Assembly (NCBI GenBank): GCA_016209985.1
Contig: JACQVB010000115.1
Span: 7,210-71,209 of the forward strand
Source of the DNA: Gemmatimonadota bacterium
Lineage (GTDB): Bacteria > Gemmatimonadota > Gemmatimonadetes > Gemmatimonadales > GWC2-71-9
Length of the DNA: 64,000 bases
Reading direction: 5' to 3'
The notes beneath the pieces are model-generated. The model did no database searches and was not told where the DNA came from. It saw nothing but the letters and a program-made list of their open reading frames with translations. Position 1 is the stretch's first letter, and every line of letters starts with the position of its first letter. This document shows positions 51,924 to 59,892 of this stretch, in pieces. A program made the translations under genes and the position numbers.

Positions 51924-53663
51924 TTATTCCACCATCTCCCTCAACCAGCTGAACGGTCCTCCCGTCGCGCGCTTGAGGGCCTGCGCGTACTCCTCGGCGG
52001 AGGCGAAACGGTCGGCGGGGCGGGGAGCCGCGCCCTTGGCGATCATCGCGAGGATCCGCTCGGGCACATCGTCCCGTTGCTCTGAGATGTCGGGCAGCTC
52101 TCCCACCGTTTGCCGGGCGACGATCGATTCGACCGAGCCGCCGGAGAACGGGGGATAGCCGGACAACGCGAAGTAGGCCACTGCACTCAGCGAATAGAGG
52201 TCGGTGCGGGCATCTACCGGCTCTCCCAGTAGCTGCTCCGGCGCCGCGAATTCCGGCGTGCCCGCCCGCGACGCGGAGGCTCCGCCGAACCGGTCGGGTC
52301 CCTGGAAGGCGAGCGCCAGCCCGAAGTCCGCGATGCGTACCCCGCCGTCCACGCCGTCGATCAACACGTTTTCGGGTTTCAAGTCACGGTGTACCAGCCC
52401 CTGGGCGTGGGCGTGCTGGAGTGCCGCCAGGGACTCCACCAGCAGCCGAATGACCCGATCGACGGGCAGCGGTCCCGTATTCTGCACGATCTGGGCGAGA
52501 CTCTTTCCCGGCACGTACTCCATGGTATACCACTGCAGTCCCGCCCGTCCGCCGATGTCGAAGATCTGAACGATGTTCTGGTGGTCCAGCCGCGCGGCCA
52601 GCTGCGCCTCACGGCGAAACCGATCGACCACGGCGGGATCGGCCGTGAGGAACGGGTGGAGGATCTTGAGCGCGACTTCGCGCTCCAGCCGCAGGTCCCG
52701 CACCCGGTATACCCGGCCGAAGCCGCCAGCGCCCAGCTCGTTCAGCAGCTCGTACTCGTCGCCGAGTGCCCGCCGGAGGCGCTTCTCCCACGATCGGGAA
52801 TCCTCCGTTCCCGCGCCGAGCGGTGGCGCGACGGCTTGCGGGACCTCGAAGTCCCCGAGATCGGATGCGAGATCGTCGCCCATTTCCGCAGCGGTGTAAT
52901 AGCGCTCCGCCGGGTTGCGGCGCATGGCGCGGAGGATGATCCGCTCGATGACCTGCGGGCAGGCGGGCCGCAGCTCCCGGGGCTTCCGGATGGCGGACGG
53001 ATCGACCGCGGGCGTCTGGCCGGTGGCCGCATAGTAGAGGAGCGCGCCGGCGGTGTAGATGTCGGCGGCCGGCTCGCCCGGTCCGCCGGCGCGCGTTTCG
53101 GGCGCGAGGAAGGGTTCGCTGCTCGGGTCGTCTTCCTGTCCGGCGACGTCGAGACAGGGATTGGCAAAGCGAAGATCGGTAATCACCGCGCGGTTGGCGC
53201 GGTCGAGCATCAGGGTCGTGGGCAAAATGCGGCGCAAGACGACCCGTTCGGCGTGCGCGTACTCCAGCGCCGCGGTCAAATCCCGCGCCAGCTGCACCAC
53301 GGTGGGAATCGGCCGCTCTCCGCGCGCCACCGCGTCGTGCAGGCTCTCCCCGTCGATCCATTTGCTGGCGCGCCACGCGAGATCGCCACGAACCCCGGCG
53401 GCGTAGACCGCCCGGATGGTGGGGTGATCCAGTGCGGCGAGGAGCTCCGTCTCCCGCTCGAACCACCGGCGGGAGGTGGAATCCGGTCGCAGATGGAGCC
53501 GCAATGCGACGCGGCGCTTGAGGACCTGGTCCCGGGCCACGAAGAGCACCCGTTCGTCGCTGGTCGCCACGAGGCGCTCCACATCGAACAGGTCGCGCAA
53601 CGACCCCTCCGCGAGGGTGAACAGCGCGGCAGGATCGGCCGGCGAAGCGGAACCAATGGGCAT
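51924..53663 (-). CDS. Tandem pseudokinase + Ser/Thr protein kinase (Hanks-type), cytoplasmic
   Basis: The C-terminal half has all catalytic motifs (GAGGFGRVY, VALK, HRDLKPEN, DFG, APE). The N-terminal half is kinase-like but degenerate: it has no Gly loop, ALR replaces ALK, VLRRILPTT replaces HRDLKPEN, and DLR replaces DFG. No TM segment is present. Confidence 0.85.
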   Translation of the reverse strand: MPIGSASPADPAALFTLAEGSLRDLFDVERLVATSDERVLFVARDQVLKRRVALRLHLRPDSTSRRWFERETELLAALDHPTIRAVYAAGVRGDLAWRASKWIDGESLHDAVARGERPIPTVVQLARDLTAALEYAHAERVVLRRILPTTLMLDRANRAVITDLRFANPCLDVAGQEDDPSSEPFLAPETRAGGPGEPAADIYTAGALLYYAATGQTPAVDPSAIRKPRELRPACPQVIERIILRAMRRNPAERYYTAAEMGDDLASDLGDFEVPQAVAPPLGAGTEDSRSWEKRLRRALGDEYELLNELGAGGFGRVYRVRDLRLEREVALKILHPFLTADPAVVDRFRREAQLAARLDHQNIVQIFDIGGRAGLQWYTMEYVPGKSLAQIVQNTGPLPVDRVIRLLVESLAALQHAHAQGLVHRDLKPENVLIDGVDGGVRIADFGLALAFQGPDRFGGASASRAGTPEFAAPEQLLGEPVDARTDLYSLSAVAYFALSGYPPFSGGSVESIVARQTVGELPDISEQRDDVPERILAMIAKGAAPRPADRFASAEEYAQALKRATGGPFSWLREMVE

Positions 53664-53689
53664 CAGAGGCGTGAAAGATAATCGGGACC

Positions 53690-53737
53690 GTGCGTGGCAC
53701 GGGGCGTGGTCGTCGTCTCATACCACGCACCACGCAC
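53690..53737. promoter_or_regulatory. Inverted GTGCGTGG repeats in the kinase / FHA-protease divergent spacer
   Basis: GTGCGTGGcacggGGCGTGGT (53690-53710) faces ACCACGCACCACGCAC (53722-53737), within the 130-bp divergent intergenic region. Confidence 0.35.
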
Positions 53738-53793
53738 CCTGACCGTTCGTCCCGCTTCCGGCTCTGAGGTTCGCACCGCATATTTTCCCCCCC

Positions 53794-55908
53794 ATGACCT
53801 ACCTCTCGCTCCGTGAAATGCGCACCGGAGTGGTGCGCGAGTTCGAGACCCAGGAAGTCCGGCTCGGCCGGGATCCGGAATGCGAGTGGCCGATTGCCGG
53901 GGAGGGCAGCGACGTGGTTTCCGGTCACCACGCGCGGTTTCTCTACCGTGAGGGAAAGTGGTGGGTGGAGGACGTGGGAAGCCGTAACGGCACCGCGCTG
54001 AACGACCGGCACATCTCGCACGGGCAACCCGCACCGGTGTCTCAGGGAGGGGTGATCTCGCTGGGCGACCGCGGTCCCAAGTTCCGGGTCGAGGCGACCG
54101 AGAAGCGGCGGATCGCGGCCACGGTCATCGAGCCGCAGCGCGCCGTGCGACCCTCCGCCCCGACCATGCCGCTCACCGCGCTGAACGACAGCACGCTGCC
54201 GGTTCCCGGGCTCGCCGCCGACGACGCGAAAACCCTGCAGCAGCCGGTTCAGGCACCGCCCCGCGCCCCCGCCGCGCCGCGGCCCGCACCCCCGCCGCCG
54301 TCTCCGCCACGCTCGAACGTGCTCTCGATTGTGGTCCGGGACACCCGGACCGACGCGCGGTTCGAGGCCAAGGGCGGACGGATCCGGCTGGGCCGGGGGG
54401 ACGAGTGTGAGCTGCGGCCGGTGGACGCCGGCGATACGTCGGTATCGCGGGTACACGCGGAAATCGTTCTGATGCCGGACGGCCGGGCGGTCCTGCGCGA
54501 CGCCAAGAGCCGCAACGGCACGTACGCGAATGGGCGCGTGATCGTGGGCGATCACCCGCTGAAGCAGGGCGAGCGCATCATGCTGGGCGAAGGGGGACCG
54601 GATCTGGTGGTGGAGCAACTGATCCTGCCGGGGGCCAAGCCGGAGGCGGCGGCCGCCCCGCCGAAACCCGCAGCCCAGGCACCCGCCCCGCGCCGCAGCT
54701 TTGCCGGAAAAGGGAAGACGGTCTTCTTCCGCGAAATGATGGAGGAGACCACCCAGAAGAGCGCCAGCCGGTTGCGCGTGGTCGTGTGGTCGTTCGTCGT
54801 AGTCCTCGTGGCCGCCGCGGGCGGCGCCTACTGGTACATCACCCAGCAGGAGAAACAGACCACGGCCGCGATCGAGGAGCAGCGCAAGGCGATGGTCGCG
54901 CAGCAGGCGCAGACCGATTCTGCACGGCGCGCGGCGACCGCGGAGTACGAGCGGTTACGCCAGGAACTGGACGCGGCGCGCTCGTCGTCCGCTTCGCCCG
55001 CGGTGCTCGACAGCTTGCGACAGGCGTTCAACGCGGCGTCCAAGCGCACCGAGGCGCTCGAAGGCGCCCTCAAACGTGCCGAAACGCAGATGGCCCAGCA
55101 GATCGCGGCGGGAGATTCCGCCCGAAAGTCCGCCCAGGGGGACCTGGCGCGGGTTCGCGCCGAGCTCAGCCGCGCCAGCTCGGCGGGCGGGGAAGCATCC
55201 GGCGCCGTGCTGGACAGCCTGCGGGTCGCGTTCCGGCAGGCCCAGCAGCGCGCCGAGGCGGTCGAGGCGCAGGTGCGAGCGGTCAAGGGAGTCAATCTCG
55301 CTGCCATTGCGGAAGCGAACGGGTCGGCGATCGGAATGGTATGGACCTACAATCCCGACGAGGAGGGATCCGGATTCATGCTCACCCAATCGGGATACTT
55401 CGTGACCAATCGCCACGTCGTGATGGATGCGCAGGGAAAGCGGGCCGACTCGGCGACCATCATCATGGCGGACCAGCGGATCGAGACGGCGCGCAGGGCG
55501 GAGATCATCGCCGTCGCGCCGCTGAACGGTCCCGACCTGGCCATCCTGCGGATACGGGGATACCGGGGACCGTTTGCCCGACGGGTCGACTGGGGCCAGA
55601 TTCACGCCCGCCAGGGAGATCCCGCCGCGGTCATCGGCTTTCCCAGCGGATCGAAATACGCGTTCAAGGAGAGTCTGATCCCGCGCACCACCATGAGCTC
55701 CGGAATCCTCAGCAAGGTGACACCGGAGCTGGTTCAGTGGGAAGGCGTGAGCCTCCCCGGCTCGAGCGGGAGCCCGGTTTTCAACGGCGATGGCGAGGTG
55801 GTGGCGGTGCACCGGGCGTCCAGTGAGGGGCTCAAATTTGCGGTACCGATTTCCCTGTTGATCCCGCTGTTGCCGGCGGACGCGAAAGCAGAGCTTGAGT
55901 TGCGGTAA
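53794..55908 (+). CDS. FHA-FHA-TM-coiled-coil-trypsin-like serine protease
   Basis: There are two FHA cores (VRLGRDPECEW...SGHHARF...VEDVGSRNGTALN; IRLGRGDECEL...VSRVHAEI...LRDAKSRNGTYANG). One TM helix follows (LRVVVWSFVVVLVAAAGGAYWYI). The Q/A/R-rich coiled coil has an internal duplication (AVLDSLRQAF.../AVLDSLRVAF...). The protease triad context is VTNRHVV, DLAILRI and GSSGSPVF. Confidence 0.85.
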   Translation: MTYLSLREMRTGVVREFETQEVRLGRDPECEWPIAGEGSDVVSGHHARFLYREGKWWVEDVGSRNGTALNDRHISHGQPAPVSQGGVISLGDRGPKFRVEATEKRRIAATVIEPQRAVRPSAPTMPLTALNDSTLPVPGLAADDAKTLQQPVQAPPRAPAAPRPAPPPPSPPRSNVLSIVVRDTRTDARFEAKGGRIRLGRGDECELRPVDAGDTSVSRVHAEIVLMPDGRAVLRDAKSRNGTYANGRVIVGDHPLKQGERIMLGEGGPDLVVEQLILPGAKPEAAAAPPKPAAQAPAPRRSFAGKGKTVFFREMMEETTQKSASRLRVVVWSFVVVLVAAAGGAYWYITQQEKQTTAAIEEQRKAMVAQQAQTDSARRAATAEYERLRQELDAARSSSASPAVLDSLRQAFNAASKRTEALEGALKRAETQMAQQIAAGDSARKSAQGDLARVRAELSRASSAGGEASGAVLDSLRVAFRQAQQRAEAVEAQVRAVKGVNLAAIAEANGSAIGMVWTYNPDEEGSGFMLTQSGYFVTNRHVVMDAQGKRADSATIIMADQRIETARRAEIIAVAPLNGPDLAILRIRGYRGPFARRVDWGQIHARQGDPAAVIGFPSGSKYAFKESLIPRTTMSSGILSKVTPELVQWEGVSLPGSSGSPVFNGDGEVVAVHRASSEGLKFAVPISLLIPLLPADAKAELELR

Positions 55909-55991
55909 GGGCGGGTCGGCGGGTCGGCGGGTCGCGCCTTCGGTCGCCTGCCACCGTTCTAACCAGTTCGTCGGTTCCGGTCGGCGTTGCC

Positions 55992-58712
55992 ATCGGTGAG
56001 TGGCACGACCCAACCAGCGGACCGCCGACCCGCCGAACTCTCGTTGTCGTCGTCCCCCACACCCACTGGGATCGGGAGTGGTACGAGCCCGTCGCGCGGT
56101 TCCGGCAACGGTTAGTGGCGGTGCTGGACCAGACGGTTGCCGTCCTCACCCATGATCCCGCCTTCAGTTGTTTCCTGCTCGACGGCCAACTTGCGATGCT
56201 GGATGACTATCTCGCCATCCGGCCGGAGCAGCGAGCAGCGGTGGCCGAACTGGTCGAAGCGAATCGATTGTTGATCGGCCCGTGGTACGTGCTCGCGGAC
56301 GAGCTGCTGTCTTCTGATGAATCCCTGGTGCGGAACCTTCTCGCCGGGCGGCGGGCCGCGGAATCGCTCGGCGGATGGCTTCCCCTGGGATACAGCCCGG
56401 ATGCCTTCGGCCACCCGGCGGCCTTTCCCACCATCCTCGCGGGATTCGGCATCGAACACGGCATCCTCTGGCGGGGATACGGTGGAGAACCAGGCCAGGA
56501 GAAAGATCTTTTCCGCTGGATCGGTCCGGATGGTTCGGCAGTTCTGGTCCATCACCTCTCTGCGCCGGGCTACGAGGTCGGTGCCGCCCTGCCACCCGAT
56601 GGCACCGAGCTCGAGCGGCGGTGGCGTGAGCTGGAGAGTGCGTTTCAGCCCAGGGCCGGCGCACCGGTACGGTTGCTCATGGCCGGCGCGGACCACCATG
56701 CGCTCGATCCCGATCTTCCACAACGGGTCGCGCTGCTCAACACGCTGACTCGGGAATGTGCATTCCGGATCGGCAGCCCGCTGGACTATTTCGCGGCCGC
56801 CGGTGACGCCGAAGACATTCCGGAAGCCGGCGGCGAGCTCCGATTCTCCTACCGCTACACCTGGACGCTGCAGGGCGTGCACTCCGCCCGCACCGCGTTG
56901 AAACGCTCGATTGCCGAGGGGGATCGGCTGCTGCTCCGCTGGGCCGAGCCTCAAGCGGCGCTCGCCACCGCCGGTGGTGCGTCGGACCGTCGTCTACTGC
57001 TTCGAGCAGCATGGCGCGACCACCTGCTCAATCATCCGCATGATACGCTCGGTGGATGTGTCACCGATGACGTGGCGGCGGACGTCGCTGCACGGGCCTC
57101 GGCGGTCCTCGATCAGGCGCGTGGTGTGCTCGTGGATGCGCTGCACGATCGCCTGGGGCAGGACCGATCGCACGCTCGGCGAGCCCGGGACCGGTGGACG
57201 CCGGCGCTGGCAGTGATCAATCCGCGGCCGGTCGTCTACAGTGGCGTGGTCGAGACCACGATCACGGTGTTCGAAAGCGACGTGATCGTCGGTGCTCCTC
57301 GGACGACATCCGCCCGGCCGGGACGGATCGCCCCGCCAGCGGTCTTCACCGCGTCAGGCGATGCCGTGCCTCTGCAGATACTCCATTCGTACGATGCTTT
57401 CGAGCGACTCGACAGCCCGCGCGACTATCCGGATCAGGATCGGGTACGGGCTTTTCGGGTCGCACTTCGCGCTCACGATGTTCCGGCGCTTGGGCTACAG
57501 AGTCTCGCGGTGAAAGAGGCTCCCGGCGGCCGGCCATCAGCCATCAGCCATCAGTCATCAGCCATCGGCCGAGATGCCGATTTGGATTCTGAAGTGAGCG
57601 TCCTGAAGTCCGTCTTGCGAAGCCGGTGGTGCGAGGTGCACGGAGACGATAAGGCCTTCCTGCTCGAGGCGGGTGTGGAGAACCCGTTGCGCGGCCTGGG
57701 CGAATTGGTGAGCGAACGTGACGAAGGAGATCTCTATACGTTCCAGCTGGTGGAGAATGACCGGCCGGTGAGTGGTCGATGGTCCGTGGCTCGGCCGGTT
57801 TGGACCGGTCCGCTGGTGGCGGCGCTGTCACGCGCGGTCAGAGTGGGCGATCGGGTTCAGGGAACCGTCACTGCGCGGCTCGATGCCGGCTCGCACCTGC
57901 TGCGTCTGGTTGCCGAAGGCGTGAACCTGGCGGGCAATCACCGGCTGCGGATCCGGTTTCCTCTACCGGCTCCCGCCTCGTCGCGTCGCTCCATCGCCGA
58001 CATGCAGTACGGCCCGGTCACCCGGGAGCATCGCGCATACGACCCTCGCGAGTACCCGCGTGAGTGGCCGGTGGCGACCGCTCCAATGCATCGGTACGTG
58101 AGCGTCGAAACTGGGGCGGGCAAGGGAATGACCGTCTTTGCGCGGGGTGCCTTCGAGTACGAGCTGGCGGCAGATGCGATCGTGGTGACGCTGTTTCGTG
58201 CCGTGGGAGACTTCTCTCGCGATGACCTTGCCGCGCGTCCGGGCCACGCGGCCTGGCCCGCAATAGCGCCGGCGGCGCAGGAGCTCGGCCCCTTCCGCGC
58301 GGAATTCGGAATCGTGCTACGCGCGGTTCATCAGGGGAGCGCGGCGGAAGAATGGGGCGCGCTCGAGCAACTGGCCGAGGAGTTCCATGCACCCTGTGCC
58401 GGCCTGATGCTGCGATACGGCATCGACGTGCCGGCATCAGTGAACGGACCGGAGCTGCATGGGGCGGGGCTGGCGTTCAAGTCGCTCAAACCGGCAGAAT
58501 CTGGAACCGGAGTCGTGCTCCGCTGCGTGAACCTCACCGGCCAACCGGTGAAGGGAACGTGGCGATGGCCGACGCCAATCCATCAAGCGACCCTGGCTCG
58601 GCTGGACGAGACCCCGATCGGCGATTTGTCGCTGTCGCCGGATCGTCGGGACATTCCGTTTACCGCCCGGCCTCGGGAGATCGTGACGATTATTGTGGAG
58701 CCCGGATCATAG
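55992..58712 (+). CDS. Glycoside hydrolase family 38 (alpha-mannosidase-like); start proposed at ATC 55992
   Basis: The tool ORF starts at GTG 56115, but the frame is open from 55899. Upstream it encodes the GH38 catalytic N-terminal signature LVVVVPHTHWDREWYEPVARFRQRL. The only near-cognate start upstream is ATC 55992. Downstream GH38-like segments are present (GPWYVLADELL, GYSPDAFGHPAAFP). Confidence 0.8.
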   Translation: MGEWHDPTSGPPTRRTLVVVVPHTHWDREWYEPVARFRQRLVAVLDQTVAVLTHDPAFSCFLLDGQLAMLDDYLAIRPEQRAAVAELVEANRLLIGPWYVLADELLSSDESLVRNLLAGRRAAESLGGWLPLGYSPDAFGHPAAFPTILAGFGIEHGILWRGYGGEPGQEKDLFRWIGPDGSAVLVHHLSAPGYEVGAALPPDGTELERRWRELESAFQPRAGAPVRLLMAGADHHALDPDLPQRVALLNTLTRECAFRIGSPLDYFAAAGDAEDIPEAGGELRFSYRYTWTLQGVHSARTALKRSIAEGDRLLLRWAEPQAALATAGGASDRRLLLRAAWRDHLLNHPHDTLGGCVTDDVAADVAARASAVLDQARGVLVDALHDRLGQDRSHARRARDRWTPALAVINPRPVVYSGVVETTITVFESDVIVGAPRTTSARPGRIAPPAVFTASGDAVPLQILHSYDAFERLDSPRDYPDQDRVRAFRVALRAHDVPALGLQSLAVKEAPGGRPSAISHQSSAIGRDADLDSEVSVLKSVLRSRWCEVHGDDKAFLLEAGVENPLRGLGELVSERDEGDLYTFQLVENDRPVSGRWSVARPVWTGPLVAALSRAVRVGDRVQGTVTARLDAGSHLLRLVAEGVNLAGNHRLRIRFPLPAPASSRRSIADMQYGPVTREHRAYDPREYPREWPVATAPMHRYVSVETGAGKGMTVFARGAFEYELAADAIVVTLFRAVGDFSRDDLAARPGHAAWPAIAPAAQELGPFRAEFGIVLRAVHQGSAAEEWGALEQLAEEFHAPCAGLMLRYGIDVPASVNGPELHGAGLAFKSLKPAESGTGVVLRCVNLTGQPVKGTWRWPTPIHQATLARLDETPIGDLSLSPDRRDIPFTARPREIVTIIVEPGS
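57534..57568 (+). repeat. Heptanucleotide tandem repeat (CCATCAG x3 perfect + 2 variants) inside the GH38 CDS
   Basis: ccatcag ccatcag ccatcag tcatcag ccatcgg encodes SAISHQSSAIG. The unit length is not a multiple of 3. Confidence 0.85.
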
Positions 58713-58723
58713 AAAAAGAGAAC

Positions 58724-58748
58724 GCCCCCGAACCTGCGGTTCGGGGGC
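58724..58748. terminator. Hairpin after GH38 (11-bp perfect stem GCCCCCGAACC / GGTTCGGGGGC, loop tgc)
   Basis: It starts 12 nt after TAG 58710-58712, preceded by AAAAAGAG. No U-tract lies on the plus strand. Confidence 0.5.
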
Positions 58749-58758
58749 GTCGTCCGGA

Positions 58759-58796
58759 GATGCGGTAGCTCAATTGATAGAGCCCCAGCCTCGTAC
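58759..58796 (+). other. tRNA-Thr(CGU) 5'-half pseudo-copy (acceptor strand to anticodon loop)
   Basis: GATGCGG TA GCTC AATTGATA GAGC C CCAGC CTCGTAC aligns with the first 38 nt of the intact tRNA at 58842-58914c (about 31/39 identical, same CTCGTAC loop). It lacks the 3' anticodon stem, T-arm and acceptor 3' strand, and lies in inverted orientation. Confidence 0.5.
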
Positions 58797-58841
58797 GATA
58801 CGAATATGGTGGACAACCCCCAGAGGTGCAAGCGAAGGGCG

Positions 58842-58914
58842 GGTGCCGGACGGGACTCGAACCCGCATCCCCGGTGTACGAGGCCGGAGCTCTAACCAGT
58901 TGAGCTACCGGCAC
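58842..58914 (-). tRNA. tRNA-Thr, anticodon CGU
   Basis: The manual cloverleaf on the minus strand reads GTGCCGG TA GCTC AACTGGTTA GAGC T CCGGC CTCGTAC ACCGG GGAT GCGGG TTCGAGT CCCGT CCGGCAC C. It has a 7-bp acceptor, U8, U33, A37 and a TTCGAGT T-loop. There is one C-A mismatch at 31:39. CCA is not encoded. Confidence 0.8.
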
Positions 58915-59037
58915 CCCGGCAGCGAGACCGCTGCGGGTCGGTAGCCCCGCATCGCTGCCCACCCAAGCTCATGCGTTCAGAAGATGGGAACTACGACGAT
59001 CAGCGTGGTAGGCGAAAAAACGCCGGCAAGACCTAAA

Positions 59038-59892
59038 TCACGCGGGCCCATCCGACCGTTGAGGATTCAGCACACTCTGCAATCCATCCGCCAGCAGGTT
59101 GCACCCCAGCACAGCCAGCACGATCGCGAGTCCGGGGAAGGTGGCCACCCACGGCGCGTTGACGAGAACGTCTCGTCCGGCCGAGATCATGTTGCCCCAC
59201 GAGGGCGCCGGCGCCGGCACGCCGAGGCCGAGAAACGCGAGGCCGGCTTCGAGGGTGATGGCGTTTCCCACGCCGAGCGCGGCGGCGACCAGCAACGGGG
59301 CCAGCGAGTTCGGCACGACGTGCCGCCAGACCAGGCGGCGGGCCGGCAACCCCGCCGCCCGCGCCGCTTCCACGAAGGGGCGAGTCAGGATCGAGCGGGC
59401 TTCGGCGCGGGCCAGGCGCGCGATGCCCATCCACCCGGTGAGGCCGAGTACCAGCACCACGAGGAGCAGGCTCGGTTTCCAGAGACTGACCAGTGCGAGC
59501 AACAGGACGATCCGGGGGAACATAAGTGCGGTATCGGTGATGCCCATCAGCGTCCGCTCCACGATTCCCCCCACCGCCGCCGCGACGAAGCCGATGAGTC
59601 CGCCGAGCACCAGGGATACGGCCACCGCGAGCAAGCCAACGCTCAGCGATATGCGGGCACCGTAGATCACCCGGGACAGGAGATCGCGCCCGAGCTGATC
59701 CGTTCCCAGCCAATGGGTGCCGGCGCCGTGGGAAAGCGGAGCGAGGAAACGGTCGCGCACCACGTCCGGCTGGGCCAGCGGATCGTACGGGGCAAGCAGC
59801 GGCGCCAGGATCGCCAACCCGGCCAACCCGAGCAGAATGGCGAGTCCGATCGCGGCCCGGCGGTCTCGCAGCACCATCCGGAGGCCATTCAT
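59038..59892 (-). CDS. ABC transporter permease (DppC/OppC-like)
   Basis: This is the in-frame part of ORF 59038..60450 from ATG 59892 (MNGLRMVLRDRRAAIGLAILLGL...). It has a binding-protein-dependent transport inner-membrane motif region (ARLARAEARSILTRPFVEAARAAGLP). There is a 4-nt ATGA overlap with the upstream permease. Confidence 0.85.
   Translation of the reverse strand: MNGLRMVLRDRRAAIGLAILLGLAGLAILAPLLAPYDPLAQPDVVRDRFLAPLSHGAGTHWLGTDQLGRDLLSRVIYGARISLSVGLLAVAVSLVLGGLIGFVAAAVGGIVERTLMGITDTALMFPRIVLLLALVSLWKPSLLLVVLVLGLTGWMGIARLARAEARSILTRPFVEAARAAGLPARRLVWRHVVPNSLAPLLVAAALGVGNAITLEAGLAFLGLGVPAPAPSWGNMISAGRDVLVNAPWVATFPGLAIVLAVLGCNLLADGLQSVLNPQRSDGPA

Noticed and set aside
53668-53677. 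GGCGTGAAAG next to the kinase start resembles the GA-box of the propeller spacers.
   Set aside because: The spacing to the ATG is different (4 nt versus 16-17 nt). It has no complementary CT arm, and the shared core is only about 8 nt, so it is likely chance.
52389-56013. ORFs 52389-53681(+), 52609-54618(-), 54786-55826(+) and 54955-56013(-), overlapping the kinase and FHA-protease genes.
   Set aside because: They are antisense or off-frame to genes with complete kinase, FHA and protease motifs, and their translations are low-complexity and R/P/G-rich.
58690-58962. ORFs 58693-58944(+) and 58690-58962(-), spanning the tRNA region.
   Set aside because: They are read straight through a tRNA gene and a terminator hairpin, so they are not credible as coding.
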